A DNA stretch of 33,951 nucleotides from positions 1 to 33,951 of the IMG/VR virus record IMGVR_UViG_3300044676_000763. One strand, 5' to 3'. This stretch comes from a virus (lineage: Duplodnaviria; Caudoviricetes). Positions 25,705 to 33,951 of this stretch are shown in pieces. The notes under the pieces were generated by a model. It had not been told where the DNA came from. It saw only the letters and a list, made by a program, of their open reading frames with translations, and did not search any database. The position numbers and the translations under genes were made by a program. How positions within the stretch are numbered: position 1 is the stretch's first letter; each line of letters begins with the position of its first letter.

Positions 25705-27030
25705 ATGACAACATTTGACCCATACACAAAAAGATTTGCACAAAACCAGCTTGCACAATTTAACAGGCTGGCGGCTGGACGTCCGGCAACTCCTATTATG
25801 GATCGCACACAGATGCGCTTGCCAAATATACTGGCTCTGCCACCGTCAGTGCGTCCGTCAGCACCATCGCCTATGTTTGAGAGGGTTGCACGTCAGGCCG
25901 CACAGAAGCGCCTAGACACGTCTCGGATGCCGTCACCGACAGTTACAGGCCAGACGCCACCACAACAGCCACAGGAAGCCGGCACAGGGCTTATGGGTGC
26001 GTTACGCGCACCTTTGATGTCTCCACGCGGTCAGGCCATCTCACAGGCCGCCCTAGCCGGATTAGAGGCTGGCGGTTACACAACTATGCCAACGACATTG
26101 GGTCAGGCCATCGGCAAGATGGGTCAGGCGGCATTGCAGGGTTACGCGGCTGGTGAGGATCGTCAGGCACAAGTAGAGGCGGCGGAATTGGCAAAAAAGG
26201 CTGACGCGAGAACCGCTAGGCTTCAAGAAATCCAAGCTATGACCGCGTTAGCCAAGGCGCGACAGCCAAGTAAACCAGTTATGAAAATGTTGCCAGTCGA
26301 AGGCGGGACACAATTAACAATGCTAGACCCCATTACTGGCGAAATATTGGGCAAGGTTGGGGGCGTAAAGCCAGCTAGTGGGATGCAAGTTTCTGTTGAT
26401 GCGGATGGAAACATTACCTTCACGCAGGGTGCGAGTGGCATTGAGAAGGGAACAAAGAAGGACTTGGAAAAGGACGTTCTTAGCCTCACAAATCAGATAT
26501 CTATGTTGGATCAGGCAAGGCTGGCTTATGACCCAAGCCTTTTGACATACGGGGCTGAATTAGAAAATCTTTACGGAACAACTCTATCAAAGATAAATCC
26601 TGAGTCGTTAAGTCCTGAGCAAAAAGATAGGATAGCCCGCAGGACTCAACTTATTCGCGGAATACAGCAAAGTTTTTCCGTGCTTCTTAACGAATTGTCA
26701 GGCGCGGCGGTTTCGGCGTTTGAGTTGAGAAATGCGAAGAAGTATAGCGTCAACCCAGACGACTCGCCTATACAGTTTGAGTCTAAGCTAAGAGATCAAA
26801 CAGGATTTGCCAAAGCCGCACTTTACCGCTCACAGCAAATTCTTGGCGGTGAACCCATAACTAGCGACCTAAGCCAAAAATACCCCATATCTATTAGTGG
26901 CAAAGATAGTGAGGGCAATGTGCGAACATTGTATATGCACGAATTTGTTGAGAAGTATATGCAAATTAATGACGTTGACCAAGCTACTGCCATTGAGGCG
27001 TATGCTAAAGAGGCGAAAGGTTCAAGGTAA
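25705..27030 (+). CDS. Putative ejection protein 2 (441 aa)
   Basis: Pro/Ala/Gln-rich helical protein at the internal-virion-protein position. Confidence 0.65.
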   Translation: MTTFDPYTKRFAQNQLAQFNRLAAGRPATPIMDRTQMRLPNILALPPSVRPSAPSPMFERVARQAAQKRLDTSRMPSPTVTGQTPPQQPQEAGTGLMGALRAPLMSPRGQAISQAALAGLEAGGYTTMPTTLGQAIGKMGQAALQGYAAGEDRQAQVEAAELAKKADARTARLQEIQAMTALAKARQPSKPVMKMLPVEGGTQLTMLDPITGEILGKVGGVKPASGMQVSVDADGNITFTQGASGIEKGTKKDLEKDVLSLTNQISMLDQARLAYDPSLLTYGAELENLYGTTLSKINPESLSPEQKDRIARRTQLIRGIQQSFSVLLNELSGAAVSAFELRNAKKYSVNPDDSPIQFESKLRDQTGFAKAALYRSQQILGGEPITSDLSQKYPISISGKDSEGNVRTLYMHEFVEKYMQINDVDQATAIEAYAKEAKGSR

Positions 27031-27035
27031 TAAGT

Positions 27036-29102
27036 ATGGCTAACAATATATTTGACATAGCACCTAGCCCCCAGCGTATGCCTATCAGGTCAACGACAGA
27101 AGATGCCGCGCCTATATCTACTGTTGCGGCGGCATCTTTGATCCAAGAGGCCGAGCCTCGCATTAGGTATTATTCCCAGCAAATGGGAATACCTATGGAG
27201 CGTTTTGGGATTGCGGATGGAAGTATTGTTTATCAAACGCCGTCAGGAGAATTGCAAAAAGTTAAGACTGGGGCAGTCCGCGAGTTTGTGGGCGGTCTAG
27301 GCGCGTCATTCCCAGCCGTTGGCAGTGCGCTAGGGACTGTCGGCGGCCTGTTAGCTGGGTCAACACCAATTACCGCACCCGCCGCAGTTCCGCTTATGGC
27401 GGCTGGCGGGACAACAGGCGCAATGGCAGGGCAATATCTGCGAGAGCAACTTGCAAGCCAGATGGCGGGGCAAAGAATAAGCCCTGTGAGAGTGGCGACA
27501 GAGGGTGTCGTTGACTTGGCATCGAGCGTAGCTGGGGCGTTAATTGGCAAGGGTCTTTCAAGAGCCGCATCAAAGGCGGCGGCCACCAAGTTCGCACAGG
27601 CTATGAAAACAAGCGCGGGTGACGTGGCTAGGGCTTTGAAGGAAACGCTGGACAGCGTAAATGCGGCATACGGCACAAAAATAATGCTGACTCCAGCAGA
27701 GTTGACTCAAAACGCAGAGTTGATAGCAATGCAGAAGGCTCTCGCTGGCGACCCTAGAACAGCCGAAACTATGGCGCAATTTGCCGCAGAACGTGGCTCG
27801 CAAATAGGTGTCGCCGCGTCAAAGATGTTTGAAGGGATTGCCCCCAAAGCAGGTGGCCAAGAGGCTACTGGGCGTCAACTAGCCACAGTTGCTGGCGAGG
27901 CTGTCCAACAGATAAAGAAACAGCGCAGTGCCGCCGCCGCACCCGCATACGCAAAGGCATTTGAATCAGGAAGCGCAGTGAACTTAGGTGAGTTTGACAT
28001 AGCCGTTAGGGAAACAGCAGATCAATTTCAGCCTCTAAAGTCAGCCCTTAGCAGATTGCGTAGCAATTACACAAAGATGGTTGATGTTGACGGCAAAAAA
28101 GTTCCTGTTATTAGGGATGACATAGACCTTGAGTACGTCCAGAACAACATAAAGGAAATTCTGGATGACGAGATTAGTGTCGCCGTCAGGGCTGGGGCAG
28201 GGAAAAAAGCAAGAAGATTGCAAGAGTTGCAGGGAAAACTATTGCTTGATATGGACAAGCAAGTCCCTGAGTACGCTGGCGCAAGGGCGGCTTGGGGCGA
28301 TTTGAGTCGCCCAATAGACGAAGTTGAGGCTGGGATACTTCCAATACTGGCAAACAAAAACATACGCGATTTTGAGTATATGGGTGCTAGATTTCTAACA
28401 TCGTCAAGCCCATCAGCAATCAAGCAAGCAAAAGAAAACATTCTAAAGGTTGATGGCGGACAAGACATATGGAACGCCACAATCAGGGGTGCGCTAGAAC
28501 GCCAATGGGAAAAAGCAAGTAGCATACCTATGTCGATGATTGCTCGCCCAGACTTAGCCCCTGCACGCGCACCAGCAGTCTTTTGGAGCAGTATGGTTGG
28601 CAAAAAAGAACAGCTAGACCGACTTCGCGCGGCTATGTCTCCAGATCAGATGAAGGCTTTTGAAAATTTAACGAAAGTTATGGAAGCCGCAAGTCGGGCT
28701 ATGTACACAGGAAGTGACACTGCGGCGAAAGAAAGCGCAAAAGAGGCAATAGAGGCCACCACAGCAACAGGCACTGCTATAAAGTATGCCGCCGCGCCTT
28801 GGGCTTTGCCAAACGCCATTAAGGACGCGGCGGGAAGAAAGATGGCGGATAATAACGTAAAGGCTCTGGCAGATGTCCTTACAAGGTCTGACGCTGTCGA
28901 GGCTCTTGCGGAACTAAGGGCTGGTCAGGGTAACAAATGGTTCAACACAAGAAACATGATGGTCGTGGGTCGTGTTCTTGGGCAAACAGGTATGGTTTCT
29001 GGAGAGTTAATGTCTGACTTTGAGGATCGCCCAGTCGGGTCAATAATGACAGGCGGCGCACCAGACATGACACGCGGAATGAAAAATATATTCGATCAGT
29101 AA
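27036..29102 (+). CDS. Putative ejection protein 3 (688 aa)
   Basis: Gly/Ala hydrophobic hairpin followed by a long Ala-rich helical body; position. Confidence 0.7.
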   Translation: MANNIFDIAPSPQRMPIRSTTEDAAPISTVAAASLIQEAEPRIRYYSQQMGIPMERFGIADGSIVYQTPSGELQKVKTGAVREFVGGLGASFPAVGSALGTVGGLLAGSTPITAPAAVPLMAAGGTTGAMAGQYLREQLASQMAGQRISPVRVATEGVVDLASSVAGALIGKGLSRAASKAAATKFAQAMKTSAGDVARALKETLDSVNAAYGTKIMLTPAELTQNAELIAMQKALAGDPRTAETMAQFAAERGSQIGVAASKMFEGIAPKAGGQEATGRQLATVAGEAVQQIKKQRSAAAAPAYAKAFESGSAVNLGEFDIAVRETADQFQPLKSALSRLRSNYTKMVDVDGKKVPVIRDDIDLEYVQNNIKEILDDEISVAVRAGAGKKARRLQELQGKLLLDMDKQVPEYAGARAAWGDLSRPIDEVEAGILPILANKNIRDFEYMGARFLTSSSPSAIKQAKENILKVDGGQDIWNATIRGALERQWEKASSIPMSMIARPDLAPARAPAVFWSSMVGKKEQLDRLRAAMSPDQMKAFENLTKVMEAASRAMYTGSDTAAKESAKEAIEATTATGTAIKYAAAPWALPNAIKDAAGRKMADNNVKALADVLTRSDAVEALAELRAGQGNKWFNTRNMMVVGRVLGQTGMVSGELMSDFEDRPVGSIMTGGAPDMTRGMKNIFDQ

Positions 29103-29104
29103 GG

Positions 29105-29133
29105 TTGGGTGCGCGTAACGCGCAATCTATGAT
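29105..29133 (+). promoter_or_regulatory. Sigma70-like promoter with a palindromic spacer before the tail-fibre genes
   Basis: TTGGGT-N17-TATGAT; palindrome TGCGCGT-A-ACGCGCA at 29110-29124. Confidence 0.5.
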
Positions 29134-29174
29134 ATAACAGAAAGCGGCAAGGCAATGCTAAGAGGACAACGATA

Positions 29175-30062
29175 GTGGCGAAGAACTCCGTGCGCGATTA
29201 CAGCGCAACTAATTCTGACAATGCCGACATCCAGTCGATTAACATCTCGGAGGGCTGTAGCCCCGCTGGGATCAATAATGCTTTGCGTGAAATTATGGTT
29301 GATCTCAAGAACGTCAGCACAGGCGCTGTGGCGCTTGAGACGCCGTCTGCGGATCAGCTAAATGTCGATAATCTGCGGCTAGACGGCAATGCCATCACAA
29401 GCACAGACACTGACGGCGACATTACGTTGACGCCAAATGGAGCAGGTTCTGTGGTCATTGACGGCCTGTCAATGCCTCAAGCTGACGGAAGCGCAGACCA
29501 AGTTTTAAAAACTGACGGCTCAGGAAATATTGGGTTTACCACGCTGTCCAGCTTTTCACTGCCATCGGGAACTGTGCTACCCTTCGCGGGGGCTACCGCT
29601 CCAGCAGGATACCAGCTTTGCTACGGTCAGGCGATTAGCCGGACAACATACGCATCTTTGTTCTCGGCTATTGGGACGACATACGGCTCTGGTGATGGGT
29701 CAACCACGTTTAATGTTCCCGATCTTCGTGGCCGCGCTATTGCTGGTCAGGATGATATGGGCGGAACGTCTGCGAACAGGCTAACAGGTCAATCTGGTGG
29801 TCTCAATGGTGATAATTTAGGTGCTACAGGCGGCTCAGAAACACACACGCTGACAGAATCGCAACTTGCCTCGCATACGCATACCTTTAGTGTAAGTATT
29901 CCGACAGGCGCTTCCAGCACTGGCGGAAACGCGAGTGGTCTGGTTAGTGTCATCCAATCTGGATCATCAACAAAGTCTGGAACTTCGAGTTCCACTGGTG
30001 GCGGTCAGGCACATAACAACGTACAACCTACATTTATTTTGAACTATATGATCGCGGAGTGA
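29175..30062 (+). CDS. Short tail fibre with a tail-collar domain
   Basis: P.GTVLPFAG..AP.GY.LC.GQAISRTTYA.LF.AIGT.YG.GDG.TTFNVPDLRGR; HNNVQP; GAGGA RBS and GTG start. Confidence 0.92.
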   Translation: MAKNSVRDYSATNSDNADIQSINISEGCSPAGINNALREIMVDLKNVSTGAVALETPSADQLNVDNLRLDGNAITSTDTDGDITLTPNGAGSVVIDGLSMPQADGSADQVLKTDGSGNIGFTTLSSFSLPSGTVLPFAGATAPAGYQLCYGQAISRTTYASLFSAIGTTYGSGDGSTTFNVPDLRGRAIAGQDDMGGTSANRLTGQSGGLNGDNLGATGGSETHTLTESQLASHTHTFSVSIPTGASSTGGNASGLVSVIQSGSSTKSGTSSSTGGGQAHNNVQPTFILNYMIAE

Positions 30063-30128
30063 TGTGGTCGATGTCTTTTACAAAAATGCAAAATGCCAAG
30101 GCATTGACAGCGAAGTTGGAGGCTAATA

Positions 30129-32081
30129 ATGGCTAAGGATAAACTAACCGAATACTCGGCAACAAACGAATCGAATGATGTGATCGGCGACATCTCTGTG
30201 GCGGAAGGCATGTTGCCCAGTGCAGTCAATAATGCGCTTCGGGAGCAGATGACGCACCTGAAAAACTTCTCTGACGGCACTGACGCGATTGATGCTTTGG
30301 CGGTCGACAATCTGCGGCTAGACGGCAACACCATCTCAAGCACCGACACAAACGGTAACATCACCCTTGCACCGGACGGTACAGGGGTTGTTGATGTCAC
30401 AGGCACAGTGACGGCTGATGGGCTGACAGTGGATGGTAATGCCACAATACAAAACACTGGCACTCCAACCTTAACATTAAGCGACAGTGATGGCACGAAT
30501 CAATATTTAAGATTTAGGCATAACGGCAATGAATCATATATTGATTCAAGGAATAACACGGGTCACGGTAATTTATATTTAGGTAGAACTGATGGGACTA
30601 GCAATTTATCTGCTATGAAGATTAGTTCAGGCGGCGATGTGTCGCTGTATGCGGATGATGGCACAACACAAGGATTTTACTGGGATGCCGACCAACAGCA
30701 ATTAGGGCTGGGGACAACTGCGCCAAATGGATTGCTTGAGTTGCGAAAAAGTAGTGCCGCACCATATTTTGTGATTAACCGTGATAATGACAAGCAATGG
30801 GGTGCTTCCGTTTCATCTGGCGGTAATCTTGCATTTCAATACGGCACAACTTATGCCAATATGATTGCTTCTACTGCCGCAATGACCATCACATCGGGCG
30901 GCATTGATGTCACAGGCACGGTGACGGCTGATGCGCTGACTATTGGTGACGGTCATCAAATAGGTGATGAAACTACCTATGACAATCTTGTTATTAAAAG
31001 TAGCACTGATGAGAATATGGTGTTGTCTGCTGGAGGCACAGGCGTATTTATTTACAAAACTGGCTCAACCACGCTGGATAACGGCAGTGAGAAGATGCGT
31101 CTCACTAATGATGGTAAATTAGGGCTGGGGACTACTTCGCCTAGTGCTGGTGCAGATGTTCGTAGCGCACACACTGGCACTAATTTATATGGACAAGCGT
31201 TTCTGGCATCTACTGATTCTCAAGCGGCAAACAAAGGCGGCGTTCTGTCACTTGGCGGTTCATATACCGGAACAACCCCGACATTCTTTGGTGCAATCGG
31301 TGGGTTTAAGGAAGATTCAACCGATGGTAATTATGGCGGTTATCTGACATTTGCTACTAGACTAAACGGCGGCAGTAATACTGAACGCCTCCGCATCACA
31401 TCGGACGGCCTCGTCGGCATTGGACTCAACAACCCATCCGAACAACTGTCGCTGTACAAGTCTGGCGCAAACAACGCAATACAAATTCAAAGCCATAACT
31501 CAACACCGGGTAGCTACAACGAGGCTTCGCTAAAGTTTGCATTGTCTAGTTCTGCTTCAAGCACTATAAACTGGGATGTCAACGCTGAACAGACTGCCCT
31601 GACAGTTGATTATGAAGGCAGCGAAAAGATGCGTATTAGTTCAAGCGGAATCGTTACAAAGCCAGCACAACCAGCATTCCGTGCCGTATCATCGGCTGGT
31701 TGGTCAATACCAACTAGTACACAAACTATTTTCCCAGCTAACTCTGCTGTTTTTAATGTTGGTGGTGGGTATAACACAGGCACATATAAATTTACTGCGC
31801 CTGTAGCTGGTGTTTATTATTTTTACGGTCAGTTTTTCGCATCGGTTTCTGCGGCTAGAGGCATCGCATCGATATTTAAGAATGATGCACAAACTGGCGG
31901 CTCACAGACTTTGTATTTGGGTTCTACCTCAAATGGGGGCATTTCGTATGCGACTCAATGTATGATGCAGATGGTTGCAGGGGACACTGCATCTTTTCAA
32001 ACTTACCAAGAGAGTGGCGGAACAGTAACAGCTAACGCAAATGCACACTTGAGTTTTTGGTATGGCTATTTGTTAGGATAA
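30129..32081 (+). CDS. Long tail fibre / receptor-binding protein with a C1q-like C-terminus
   Basis: N-terminus shared with 29175; repeated ERLRITSDG.VGIG-type units; C-terminal PAFRA..FN.G..YN.....FTAPVAGVYYF...GYLLG. Confidence 0.85.
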   Translation: MAKDKLTEYSATNESNDVIGDISVAEGMLPSAVNNALREQMTHLKNFSDGTDAIDALAVDNLRLDGNTISSTDTNGNITLAPDGTGVVDVTGTVTADGLTVDGNATIQNTGTPTLTLSDSDGTNQYLRFRHNGNESYIDSRNNTGHGNLYLGRTDGTSNLSAMKISSGGDVSLYADDGTTQGFYWDADQQQLGLGTTAPNGLLELRKSSAAPYFVINRDNDKQWGASVSSGGNLAFQYGTTYANMIASTAAMTITSGGIDVTGTVTADALTIGDGHQIGDETTYDNLVIKSSTDENMVLSAGGTGVFIYKTGSTTLDNGSEKMRLTNDGKLGLGTTSPSAGADVRSAHTGTNLYGQAFLASTDSQAANKGGVLSLGGSYTGTTPTFFGAIGGFKEDSTDGNYGGYLTFATRLNGGSNTERLRITSDGLVGIGLNNPSEQLSLYKSGANNAIQIQSHNSTPGSYNEASLKFALSSSASSTINWDVNAEQTALTVDYEGSEKMRISSSGIVTKPAQPAFRAVSSAGWSIPTSTQTIFPANSAVFNVGGGYNTGTYKFTAPVAGVYYFYGQFFASVSAARGIASIFKNDAQTGGSQTLYLGSTSNGGISYATQCMMQMVAGDTASFQTYQESGGTVTANANAHLSFWYGYLLG

Positions 32082-32085
32082 AGAT

Positions 32086-32331
32086 ATGGCAAACTATAAA
32101 AACATTGGTGAGCAAGTTTCACCTGATGGAATACCAACGAGTTACGCAAGCAACGAAGCATTATCACAAGCTATACTGGATGCGACAGACTGGACACAGT
32201 TATCCGACAGTGGCCTGACAGATTCTTGCAAGGCTTTGTTTGCAACGTATCGTGCGGCTATCCGCGTTATACGACAGACTGACCCAGACAACCCTACTTG
32301 GCCTGATGCGCCGACAGAGGAGTATAACTAA
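32086..32331 (+). CDS. Tail fibre assembly chaperone-like protein
   Basis: L.ATDWTQL.DS...YR.A.R.I.Q...NPTWP..P. Confidence 0.8.
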   Translation: MANYKNIGEQVSPDGIPTSYASNEALSQAILDATDWTQLSDSGLTDSCKALFATYRAAIRVIRQTDPDNPTWPDAPTEEYN

Positions 32332-32678
32332 TGGCTAACACATACTCGTGGGATTACCCACAAATCGATACAGCACCAACAGAAAACAGTTTAACTGATG
32401 TTGCTAAAACAATTCATTGGCGGTTCACTGCTACCAGCGACACAGAAACAAATGAAGAAGGCGCACCGCTTTCTGTTTCAGCATACGGAACAGCCAGTGC
32501 TGGTGAGGCTAACGCTGACAACTTTGTGGCGTTTGATGACATAACAAAAGACTGGTGTAAAGAGAAGGTTCTGGCTGGCTTGGACAAGACAGAAGCTGAA
32601 CTACAGTCAATGCTTGATGAGCAAATCCAGAATCTTGTAACACCGCCAATCGTTGGCAAAGTACCTGCTGGCTGGTAA
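32331..32678 (+). CDS. Conserved tail-fibre-associated protein (115 aa)
   Basis: Y.W...DV...IHWR...YG...F..F..IT...W...P.W; TAATG coupling. Confidence 0.8.
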   Translation: MANTYSWDYPQIDTAPTENSLTDVAKTIHWRFTATSDTETNEEGAPLSVSAYGTASAGEANADNFVAFDDITKDWCKEKVLAGLDKTEAELQSMLDEQIQNLVTPPIVGKVPAGW

Positions 32679-32721
32679 AGCATAACAGAACCTCACGGAT
32701 TACCGCTTTGGAGGCAGACTG

Positions 32722-32883
32722 ATGAACGAGTCCGACATCGATTACGCATTATCCGGCGCAGGGATATCTAGCCCGATCTGGCTACCAGCCCTGAACGAAT
32801 GGATCACGCTGGTTCTTGGTGTCGGTGGTCTGATCTTGCTTGGCATCCGCATCTGGAAAAACGTAAAAACCAAAAGCGAATAA
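32722..32883 (+). CDS. Small membrane protein, holin-like (53 aa; not in the ORF track)
   Basis: GGAGG RBS; MNESDIDYALSGAGISSPIWLPALNEWITLVLGVGGLILLGIRIWKNVKTKSE. Confidence 0.75.
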   Translation: MNESDIDYALSGAGISSPIWLPALNEWITLVLGVGGLILLGIRIWKNVKTKSE

Positions 32884-32885
32884 AT

Positions 32886-33113
32886 GTGGAACACGTTTTT
32901 TTATTGTTGGTCTATATTGGCTCAGGGGACAGCAGGAGACTTGAAAGCGGCGACCTGTTTTTTAGAAGCCTAACGGAATGTAATTATTTTGCGTCACAAA
33001 TCACAAAGCGGTATGGAAACTATTCATACTCGGATTACATAGACGCAAGAGACCGAGCCACGGCATATTGTGTGCCGAGGTATGTAGCAACCGACTCTGT
33101 GAAGGTTTACTAA
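32886..33113 (+). CDS. Hypothetical protein (75 aa)
   Basis: GTG start; FLLLVYIG...F.S..EC...YCVP. Confidence 0.65.
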   Translation: MEHVFLLLVYIGSGDSRRLESGDLFFRSLTECNYFASQITKRYGNYSYSDYIDARDRATAYCVPRYVATDSVKVY

Positions 33114-33114
33114 T

Positions 33115-33189
33115 ATGATAGGCTTACCAGTAATAGACGCAGTCCAGATTGCATTGCTAGTCGTCATCATCCTGATGATACGAGGCTAG
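33115..33189 (+). CDS. Putative 24-aa single-TM peptide
   Basis: MIGLPVIDAVQIALLVVIILMIRG fills the gap between two genes with 1 nt on each side. Confidence 0.5.
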   Translation: MIGLPVIDAVQIALLVVIILMIRG

Positions 33190-33190
33190 A

Positions 33191-33646
33191 ATGATCGACC
33201 CAATGTCAGCATTCGCGGCAGTCAGTGCCGCCAGCAGTGCCATATCGTCTGCAATCAAGGCTGGCAAAGACCTGTCATCACTTTCCGGTCAGGTCTCGAA
33301 ATACGCAAAGGCCGAGGCAGAACTTAACTTCGGTGCGAGCCGAAAAAAGAAGGGCATGTTCTCAAAACTTACTGGTGTAGAGCAGTCTGGCATCGATGAG
33401 TTTTTCCGCAAAGAAGAATTAGACACACTGCGTGATGAGATGCGTAGCATATTTATGTTGTATGGTAAGAAGGGTGCGTGGGAGAGATTACAGGCCGAGA
33501 TAGCCAGACAACGCGCCGAGCAGAAGAAAGCCCTTGAAGAACAGGCAAAACGCAAAGAGAAAATAGTTATAGGTGTGACAGTGACAATCATTGCAACAGT
33601 CGCTATAACTGGAATGACACTCTGGGTTATGTATTTGAAGGGCTAA
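33191..33646 (+). CDS. Membrane-anchored coiled-coil protein (151 aa)
   Basis: MIDP.SA start, coiled coil, C-terminal TM helix; lysis region. Confidence 0.8.
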   Translation: MIDPMSAFAAVSAASSAISSAIKAGKDLSSLSGQVSKYAKAEAELNFGASRKKKGMFSKLTGVEQSGIDEFFRKEELDTLRDEMRSIFMLYGKKGAWERLQAEIARQRAEQKKALEEQAKRKEKIVIGVTVTIIATVAITGMTLWVMYLKG

Positions 33647-33648
33647 CA

Positions 33649-33951
33649 ATGTCCACTACGACTGGCTTGATCGGGGAGTACCTAGCCGCCGCGTCCATAT
33701 TGGAGCGAGGCTGGCGGGTGTCGATGGCACAGCAGGACAAGGTTGACCTTGTCGCGTGGTACGGTGATGAGTTCCTGCGGGTGCAGGTTAAGTCAGCGAC
33801 ACTGATAAAGACCAGACACCACCAAACCGCCGGATATCACTTTCAGCTTGCCTCTGGAAATGGCAAGAGGAAGGCCAAGGAACTTCCGACAATCCAAGAT
33901 TATGATATTTTAATTTTGTGCGCCATAAACTCTAGGCGCTGTGTCGCGTTT
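33649..33951 (+). CDS. PD-(D/E)XK nuclease, 5' part (continues through the join to 373)
   Basis: ATG at 33649 is in frame with ORF 17..373 through the terminal repeat. Confidence 0.75.
   Translation, partial: MSTTTGLIGEYLAAASILERGWRVSMAQQDKVDLVAWYGDEFLRVQVKSATLIKTRHHQTAGYHFQLASGNGKRKAKELPTIQDYDILILCAINSRRCVAF
33702..33951. repeat. Terminal direct repeat, copy 2
   Basis: 246/250 identical to 1-250. Confidence 0.97.

Noticed and set aside
29175-32081. Diversity-generating retroelement or invertible tail-fibre switch
   Set aside because: No reverse transcriptase or invertase is present; the repeats are direct, short and not adenine-specific in their differences.
32799-33113. 104-aa ORF-track start at 32799
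   Set aside because: It overlaps the RBS-supported 32722-32883 gene; GTG 32886 fits better.

Overview
The window looks like a complete, circularly permuted dsDNA tailed-phage genome of about 33.7 kb. Positions 1-250 recur at 33702-33951 with 4 substitutions. The virion is probably podovirus-like: no tape-measure or sheath gene is evident, and there is a portal, scaffold, major capsid, hub and ejection-protein block. Layout: lysis module across the join (32.7 kb to 1.5 kb); a minus-strand early/accessory block (1565-4808) of small ORFs with a YqaJ-like exonuclease and a LexA-type DNA-binding protein; a divergent control region (4809-4930); a plus-strand replication block with a TOPRIM primase-helicase fusion and a TCACA-repeat candidate origin; terS, a 320-bp non-coding gap, terL; then head, tail and ejection genes and two tail fibres. 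I recognised no DNA or RNA polymerase, integrase, tRNA or CRISPR array. The most notable signal is a set of small early genes joined by a conserved repeat that carries the stop codon, a TAAC-loop hairpin and the next RBS, and that adds an Ala-Ala C-terminus to three of the proteins. Also notable are a dif-like site, DnaA box and IHF-like site between terS and terL, an apparent absence of GCWGC and CCWGG, and a 720-aa AT-richer gene inserted between terL and portal. All product calls come from motifs recognised by eye, not database searches.
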